Shown one piece after another: positions 56,082-64,000 of a stretch of 64,000 nt of DNA. Origin of the DNA: Dudresnaya verticillata (Eukaryota); the NCBI GenBank assembly GCA_977862235.1, contig OZ374565.1, forward strand, positions 1,054,001 through 1,118,000, read 5' to 3'. Under the pieces are notes generated by a model. That model worked only from the letters and a program-made list of their open reading frames with translations, did not search any database and was not told the DNA's origin. A program made the translations under genes and the position numbers. Each line of letters opens with the position of its first letter. Position 1 is the stretch's first letter.

Positions 56082-58650
56082 ATGGACCTCACGTTACCAA
56101 ATGGCGCGTCAGACAACGCTGGTATTTCTTGTAACTTCGAAGAGATCTGGAGTACTTTCAACTTGCAAGGTTTAGTGCCTTTGTTTTCTCACGTGGACTC
56201 AAGTGGCCACATTGATGATCACACCGACCCCGTTGTTGCACTTAGAGGTACAGAATGCATCAAAGATGTAGTACAGCAACTGGGAACTGATACTGATACG
56301 CTGCACTTACTTATTCTGCTGTGTGATCGAGTGCAAGAAGAAGTTAAGATACACTTGTGCACATCGCCGACCTACTCACTCTTGCGAATGGTCCAGAAGG
56401 ATTCACGGTCCCCACCGGATCTGCCTCATATGGTCATTCATTACTTTGTGGACGCGTGGGATCATTTTCAAATCGTCGTCCGCTGGATCGATACTATCTT
56501 TGGCGAGGAAAAATCCTCATGGGGAGGATACAGTTACAGTTCAAGTCCTGCAATATCCGCACTCCAGCTTTTCAAGCTTGAGTTTGTTTCCAGTTGTTGG
56601 GAGATGCTGTCCCAATCTGCTGTTGATACAATGGCCCGTATCATAAGAGCCCCGAGGTCGAGGGCTTCGGACATTGGTCCAATGAAGACGTTCTTCCGCT
56701 ATGTATCTATAACAAAGCTCTTTGACACGGATAAGGAACTCGGATACAGGTTTGTGTTTGGGTACAGGGGCAGGATTGTTCGTATGGTGCGAAAATGGGT
56801 AGCAAGAGAGTTTTTAACCTGTGGCTCTGAGCTGTTAATCTTTCTACGGAAGGGAAAGAATTTGATGGATAGGATCAAGTCCGTTGCTACTCTTGCCTTG
56901 TCCGGTACTCAACTTCAGTTGCTACTGGACCAAGTAAGGTACATAATTTTTGACCTTCATCACAGAGAGCTGCTGTTGCAGCATGGATGTGGGGTCCTGC
57001 CACTAATGAGGAAAATGAAGACTGAGGACCTCAAATTGGTATACGATGCTTATCAGAAGCAGGAAACGGCCATGAATCTGATTTTCTCATTACTGAGACA
57101 TCTCATTCGGTCTAAACTACTAGAACTCCTGAGTTCGAATATGTTTGAAGTCACAAGAGATACCTTGCGAGAAGAGAGGAACGCCACTGGAAGACTCCCA
57201 ATCATGGGAAATGATTCAACCAGTACTTCTGAAGAGTTGGTTTCGGACAAGAAAAGAAAGGATGAGACCATCCTAACATTCATCAACCTTCTTCATGGGC
57301 ATTTACAGAAAATCGACACAATTCTAGAGGAGTCGTTCTGTGGAAACACGTTACTCAAATTACAAGCGAGACAAGAGATAGCACATTTCCTCAACTTGGA
57401 AGACGCCAATGGTTCTTCCCTGGCAATTGATTTGGTGTGGTTGTCTGACGTCCTTTCGCAGCAGGTAGAGAACATACGATTCAATTTCTGCGCAGAGGAC
57501 ACACTGCAGAAGATCGTCTTTATCGTATCCTATTCAGTCTCGAGCAATAGCCTTGCACAGGGGTGATAAGGCTTCGTTTGGCACCTGAATTCCGGGCATT
57601 ATCTTTCTTTGATTTGCGAACCGGATTTACTTCTCAGCCTCAAGATGAGCTGCGCAATGTCGTTGGGAAAGACCCTTGTTGAAATAAATGACGATTTATT
57701 CGATTCCTCGGAATGCCTGGACTCATTGCTGAACGTTTCGGCGCTGCGCCATTCCATCAAGGTTCGGGGATTACTTCCCCGGTTGCAGAACATTTTGGAC
57801 TTGCCTCAGTCCATCCGGGATCTGATATTTCTTCAGAACCGCGCCTTTCGAGGATTTAGATGGCGCCTTGTCTACTGGGCTAGCTCTGAAGAAGGCTTTT
57901 CGCTTCAGTGAAAGGCTGCTATTGAGATAGGTTGCTAACGAATCAGTTTTCATGTCATAAGAAATAGGTTGCCCCAAATGAATCGAGGCCTTCTCAGGGA
58001 CCGAAGGAGCTCGGCAGGAGCGCACTGAGAAGTGTTTCTTCTACACGCATTTGAGCTTCAGCGTACTGTACTGGAGATTCAGCTCTCTACTCTTCACATT
58101 TTTATCTTGTTGTTTTCAACAAAAGGAACGCAATGTCCATTGAGAATTTGTTATAACACCCTGTTGGAAGGTAGGGTAGACGAATCGAGGATATGCGCAA
58201 GTTGGAGATTGCAATCCGAGGTTCCATAAAGCCGATTATACCCAAAGAGCATCATCTTCTTCGAATGGACGAGCTTAGCTCAGTTCAAAATCCAGAAGAG
58301 AGGAACGATGGTTCCTCGCAAGTCAATTTTCCCCGGTGACGAATGTTCGACAGCTTTCCATTCCAAACCTGGGCGGTTCATATACGCGGTTTGATCTTAA
58401 TCATGCGGGTGCTTCTGGTCCGAAAGTAGGTCCAGGAAGCTGTGCGGGGTCGTTGGCAGCTTCCGTTGTCTTTCGAATGAAACGGAACGGAACTATGAAC
58501 TTTCAGGATATTAATACCGCAGTCCTCCAAAGGTTATCGAAGCATTTCGAATTCCATTCATTCGATTTAAAGACATGCTGTATCTACAATGCCTTGGGGT
58601 GCTGATCGGAAGAGAGTATTGGAGAAGACTGGAAAGGGATTTGTCAAGGT
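56082..58650 (+). pseudogene. Divergent cullin: 494-codon open N-terminal half and disrupted C-terminal half
   Basis: Cullin-repeat motifs WDHFQIVVRWIDTIF, ALQLFK, GCGVLPLMRKMKTEDLKLVY and EDTLQKIVFIVSY. Downstream fragments are LLLSLKMSC..KTLVEINDDL, RWRLVYW, EIQLSTLHIFILLF and a Nedd8 domain AASVVFRMKRN...F....LKTC...LIGREY. Confidence 0.82.
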
Positions 58651-61600
58651 TTGGTAACGTCCCTGGGATATCGATACCACACACTGAACCACTTCTGCTG
58701 GCATCCTTCAACAGCACAGACCGATCACGTGAAACACCCCGAGAAGAGCTTTTAAAACCTCACTTCAGCTGGAATCCTCAGAGGATGTATGGGAGTGCGA
58801 TTGAGACGAGGGGTGTTTCGAGTAGTAGTGTTGTCAATCAGGTAGATGTGCAGTGGAGAAGAGTGCAGAAAGAGCTTTAAGGGCATCAGGAAAGCCCACA
58901 ATTGAAACAAAGAACCAATGTACGACATTTCGACAATATCACCAGCTGGAGCTAGGCCCAGAACGGGGGAGTGCTACCAGTTTCACTTCGGGTCAGAGAA
59001 CGATGTATTAGTGGCGGAGATTGCGACATCCTTTGGAGAGAGGTACCATCTAAAGGGTATCACGAAAGCTCACAGATGTCCGTCGGAGAGCTTGAATCGG
59101 TCTGAATCTCCCGCTTTGCGGCGTTCATTGGATGGTTCCATACAAGGTCTTGGCCCGGCCAATGCGCCCTGCAATTGCTTCGACGTGGTGCATTGCTGGT
59201 GCCATTGATCTGTTGAAATACTTACAGTCATTATTACAGTCCTTCGCGCTGTTCTCTCTGACAAAGCACAACAACGCGGAAGGAGCAGCGGCGGTTTGGC
59301 AGCGAGTTGCACTGTTGAGTTTCGCAAAAGTTAGCAGTGAGTTCAGTTCGCAGTGGGAAGCGGCTGCGATCTTTCGATATTACGACCTCACAAGAGAACA
59401 CAATAACCCGTGGGAGAAAGCAGGGGAGGCATGCCGTCGCTACAAGCAAGTCGAGAGCTGCTCGGCACTGTGTCAAGAATCTTGATCTTATCTTGACGCA
59501 TGACTCAAGATTGAGGGAGATCTGGCAGAAGATTTGTAACGAGGCGGCCCGCCAAATGAAGATGCTAAGTTTACCACGAGGTCTGCCCATGTTTGTAGAT
59601 GCGTGAGTGTGGGGTCTAGATACCGCTATCGCTGCAGTAGAGTAGCTATGTTAAGAGTGCTGTGGAATCAGTCTTTCCCACTCTCATCCGACACACCACA
59701 TGTTGGGCGTACCCATAGTGTGTGTACCATGAACGACAGTACACTTTGCTACTGCAGTGCTCCCTACCCGTACATACGGCGGTTGTCTTCTTGCGATAAG
59801 AAATCGTGCTGGGACCTATCAACGATTCAACTCAATATGGCGACGACGTCGACAATAATTGACATGCTCAATACCATGGCGCAACAGAACCAACCGAGCA
59901 GATTCGATATGCTCGAGTGCCGAATCTAGCCTTCGATACTTGACGAGAAAGAGCCCAACAGCCTGAGCTGCGGCTGTCTGAGCCCCACCTGGGGCCCCAA
60001 GTACGTAAAGCTACAAGTTCAGTCACGCTCATGCTGACTATCCCTTACCGTGCCCACAATACGAAGAAAGAGACCATGTCAAGCATCGTCGTGTAGATAA
60101 ATTCGTGCTGCGTTGACAAAGCTGCGCTATCCCCGAAACCAAGAGACGCGATTGTGCTTTGCTCCGTACCAGACAAACCAAGACCGATACATCAATAATG
60201 CAAAATTCTGTTGCACGAACTTTTTCTCTGCCAGGGTGGCACATGGTGACAGTTTCACCTGCTGAACTTCAACCAGGCCCATCTCTTCGGGATCTTGATG
60301 GGTGTTAATCAAACGATAGCCAGCAAGGCCATCGCTAGAGCCTCTAACAAGACATCGGTCACTCTTCTCCCGCCCATCAACTCTTGGCACTGCGGGGTGG
60401 GAGTGTCCCACAGCTGAATATTCATAACGTATTTCGTCCAGGCTGCATTGCTGAGCGTCAACCTCAGCTGTTTATTCATGTTGAATAGCGTGAAAGTTTT
60501 GCCAGCGTGGCGGCACAAGAAGACGATCGGACTTGTGAGTACCATTAGGATCCGAGTCACCATTAGCGTGATGATCGGTGCATTGAGCATCGCGACGAAT
60601 ATTCCGTTTTAGCACAGCCACACACAGCGAGACACTGCCAACGAGTTGAGCGCAGTTGTCATCACTGGCCAGGGCCACATGGTAACGTGGTAGGGAATTG
60701 ACCTCCTGCGTGAGAGGGGAGGGAGGTTAGTGTTTTCGGGAGAGAGAAGCTACATTCCATCAAGGATGTGGTGACTTTAAGTTTTATTGTTTGTTTGGAT
60801 GTGTCCTCGTCAGCTGTGCTGACTTGGGGAAGGGCGCTCTGGACAGTCTAGGTACTGACTTGTTCCACGCGAATCTTTCGCAGCATGTGCACACGCATGT
60901 CATCGTCTCAACTACCGAAGTTACGCGCCCTCTTCCGTCTAGAGCTGACGGTTCTCCACCATCGCGCCAGCGCCGTACAGCACAGGTTCGTCGCCTCGTT
61001 GCGACGCCGAGCCAGCGTGGTTGCCTCGCCCTCTTCCTGGCACGCACAACAGACTCTGGCCGCCTTGTCACGTGTATCCAGCTCTTCCCTACCGCATCCC
61101 TCTGCAGAAACCCACGGGACTTACTGAAGTTCGCTCCCCGCATGTACTGCTGCCGCGCGTCAACGAATTATGACACAAACTCGGTGCTTTTCTTACAGTT
61201 TCTGACAGCGCCGATCATCGTTCCTCGTGGCGCGCCGGTGGCGTGGTAGGAACAGGTTGAAGTGGAGATCTCGTTCCTACCTGCTCCGCTCACAGCGTTC
61301 TCGCCTGACCATACACTGACCACACATTTCCTCAGCATCAGTCCCCCGCCGAGACTGCGATAGGTTTGTCGCCGCCTCATCCCAGGTGCGGAGCTCTGCC
61401 CACGCCCGCGAGCGTTGCTTCCGAGTGAATGAGCATACACACAGGCCGTGCCTCGCCGCGATACGCTATATCTGTCTTCTTGCAGCTCGAGTAGACGTCA
61501 GCCTTTGGCGACATCGGCGCGGATCGTGCCGACTGTTGCAGGTCGCCTTGCAAAGCGTCGCTAGAACAACGGATACCTTCTGCACTGGTCATGCGCGAGC

Positions 61601-61883
61601 ACGTTTCCTCTACCGTGCTTTTCGACGGCCTGGCTCTTCAGGAATACCCTGCGAGGGATCCTTCTACAACCTTGCCGTGCCTGCACTTGGGTGCGCCTGC
61701 ACTTGGGTGCGGCCACGCCGCGTCATTGCAAGAGCGTGAAACCGTACAGTCACCTAGTCGCAGAAGAAGCCGTCCGGCTTGCGAAGACAAGCTCGAGTTC
61801 GGGTGCGTCTCGCATTACCGCAAGCGACGATAATGCAAACTCACAGATTTCACCCATTACAAACGCCGCTGCCCTTGTCCAGT

Positions 61884-62972
61884 CTACAGCCCTCCTCCAG
61901 ACTCTCTCAAACGTCGCCGGCAGTCCTCCACCGCGCATGCCCTTCGGTATCTATCCCAAGCCCACCTTGCCAACGCAGTGACTATGCCCACGTAAACCAA
62001 CGGCGCGACGCCCCACGCCACCCATGCCGGCCACCGTGTACCGTTGGTGCCACCCTCTGCCTCGACCAGCCCAAGCCCGGTATGGGCAACGAATACCATT
62101 CCAAACGCCGCGGCCACACCTCCCTTCCCCCAAACCACGTCGCGCTCAGCCACGCTCACGGCCAGCACTGCCTGCTCCACAAGCAACGCGACAAACCTGG
62201 CGCACCCGACCACGAGTGTGCCAGTATACCCACCCCTCCCCATTTCCTTCCCCGTTGCACCCGCAGCCTTCGACCCCACAATCTGACCAACAAACGCTAG
62301 CCACGCAGCTTGTAACATTATATGACCCATGCCCAACCCGACGGCTCCGGCCAGACAGAAGCTTATTACGTTACGCACCGACGGCTCATAGACGACAACC
62401 GTGCCCTCTGCATTGCGATCTGTTTGCATTGCGATGTGCCCTGTGGTCAGCAACCGCAGTATTAGGGCCTCTGCCACAGCGGGGATGACAACCGTCGTAC
62501 CCAACATCTCCGCCTGCCCGGCGTTGGTCTTGAGAAACTCTTTCATGCGGTTCTTCAACTGCTCCGACCGAGCCTGCACGACGGCCGGGTCGGAATCAGC
62601 ATCTGCAAACACGTCCGTAAGGCCGTTGATGTACAATAGTGCCACGAAGATAATGCCCGTCGCAATCGACTGTACCAGCATCTGCAGCGGCGCGGCGAAG
62701 AGAAAGGCTTGGAGCAAGCGACTGCGCAGCTTTTCCTGTTGAGCCGGTTTGTGCACGTGGCGGGCAAGAAGGACGTAGAGAACGGCCAGCGGCAGTAGCA
62801 GCACGAACGACAACGTCAATGCACGCAGCGGTGAAACGAAAAGCGTGACGAACACGACGGCAGCGCTTAGCCACACGGCGTGCGACGTAGACAGGGACTT
62901 GATGGTTGGGCCGCGAGGTGCGTCCCGCCACGTCGGCCGGGGCGGCAGCGACTCCGTCTCCGCCGGGTCCAT
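61884..62972 (-). CDS. Multi-pass membrane protein, PrsW-like, catalytic residues degenerate (362 aa)
   Basis: About 8 hydrophobic segments. IPAVAEALI, CLAGAVGLGMG and VFVAHTG occupy the positions of the PrsW motifs. A tandem paralog supports coding status. Confidence 0.7.
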   Translation of the reverse strand: MDPAETESLPPRPTWRDAPRGPTIKSLSTSHAVWLSAAVVFVTLFVSPLRALTLSFVLLLPLAVLYVLLARHVHKPAQQEKLRSRLLQAFLFAAPLQMLVQSIATGIIFVALLYINGLTDVFADADSDPAVVQARSEQLKNRMKEFLKTNAGQAEMLGTTVVIPAVAEALILRLLTTGHIAMQTDRNAEGTVVVYEPSVRNVISFCLAGAVGLGMGHIMLQAAWLAFVGQIVGSKAAGATGKEMGRGGYTGTLVVGCARFVALLVEQAVLAVSVAERDVVWGKGGVAAAFGMVFVAHTGLGLVEAEGGTNGTRWPAWVAWGVAPLVYVGIVTALARWAWDRYRRACAVEDCRRRLRESGGGL

Positions 62973-63348
62973 GTCCGCTGGCGAGGATGGGCGGGGTGCA
63001 GTGGAGAGGTTGCGACAGGCGCCCCCGTCGCCGAACAGCTCCGCCGCAAAGGGCCTTCCTTGTCAAGTTGACTGCCCTGCGGAGCCAGCCGCGGCCTTTG
63101 CCATGTCAGGGCGGGACCTCGAGTCGGCACCAAGAAGGCTATGAGGAATGGCTGGAGGCACCATTGCCGGGGAGGTTTGGATCTCTGAAGGGCGTTGAAC
63201 CACCGGCAGTTGGGCAACTGCCTAAAACATGCCACATTCGCGTATTCGGCTGCGGGTGGTGGCGCTACAAATGCTCTGACTGTAATTCTCGAGGCCGCAG
63301 TGCCCCACGACCTCAAAAACTCGCGTTTATTCAAAAAACTTCACTGCG

Positions 63349-64000
63349 CTACGCTGCACCCAAACGTTGTCGGGAGCCCTCCTCCGCAAATGCCCTTCGG
63401 TATCTATTCCACGCCCACCGTCCCAACGCTGCCACTATGCCCACGTAAACCAACGGCAGGACGCCCCATGCCACCCAAGCCGGCCACTGCTTACCATACA
63501 GGCCGCGCACCACCTCGACCAGCTCGATCCCGATGTGCGCGACGAAGACCACTCCAAACGCCGCGGCCACGCCTCCTTTCCCCCAAACCGCGTCGCGCTC
63601 AGCCACGCTCACGGCCAGCACTGCCTGCTCCGCTAGCAACGCGACAAACCTGGCGCACCCGGACACGAGCGAGCCGAAGAACCCAACCTGGCCCAGGGCC
63701 TTCGCGGCTGCAAGGACATCCACCGTCCCCACAATCCGAGTCGCAAACGTTAGCACCGCGGCGCGTGCCGCCGTGTGACCCATGCCGAGCCCGACTGCCC
63801 CGACCATACAGTAGCTCACCACGCTATCAACCGACGGGTCATTGATGACAACCACTCCCTCTGTGTTGCGCTCAGCTTGCATTGTCATTTGCCCTGTGGT
63901 CAGCAGGAGCAGCGTCAGCGCTTGTACTAGGGCAGTGATACCGACCGTCACGCCTATCAGCTCCGCATGCCCGACGTTGCTCTTGAAAAACTTTTCCCAG
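63349..64000 (-). CDS. Tandem paralog of the PrsW-like membrane protein, with its 5' end beyond the window
   Basis: Near-identical stretch GCARFVALL.EQAVLAVSVAERD.VWGKGGVAAAFG.VFVAH and WPAWVAWGV.PLVYVGIV. Confidence 0.75.
   Translation of the reverse strand, partial: WEKFFKSNVGHAELIGVTVGITALVQALTLLLLTTGQMTMQAERNTEGVVVINDPSVDSVVSYCMVGAVGLGMGHTAARAAVLTFATRIVGTVDVLAAAKALGQVGFFGSLVSGCARFVALLAEQAVLAVSVAERDAVWGKGGVAAAFGVVFVAHIGIELVEVVRGLYGKQWPAWVAWGVLPLVYVGIVAALGRWAWNRYRRAFAEEGSRQRLGAA

Noticed and set aside
58900..61700. Short ORFs between the cullin and the membrane-protein genes
   Set aside because: No recognisable domains and fragmented frames, so no call can be supported.

Overview
Eukaryotic nuclear DNA. 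The intron-poor genes, chromodomain Ty3/gypsy elements and gene spacing resemble a florideophyte red alga such as Chondrus or Gracilaria, which is inference only. Roughly 1-30.4 kb is a nest of transposons. It holds a decayed minus-strand chromovirus pol interrupted by a 197-bp TG...CA insert with tRNA-like Pol III boxes, and several LTRs or solo LTRs. It also holds a PHIS-superfamily DNA transposon (PIF/Harbinger-related, Pangu-like, AGT TSD), a Tc1/Tc3-type DD34E element, a near-intact 13.2-kb chromovirus (15230-28387) carrying a long antisense ORF, and a pogo-like transposase fragment. The right half holds host genes and relics: a kinase-fold ORF with altered catalytic motifs, two low-complexity ORFs, a small SET/post-SET protein, a duplicated small coiled-coil gene, an RLE non-LTR retrotransposon 3' fragment, a divergent cullin broken in its C-terminal half, and tandem PrsW-like membrane proteins. 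It also has four long hairpins and a higher-order minisatellite. No rRNA genes, bona fide tRNA genes or CRISPR arrays were seen. All domain calls come from motif recognition by eye, not from database searches.
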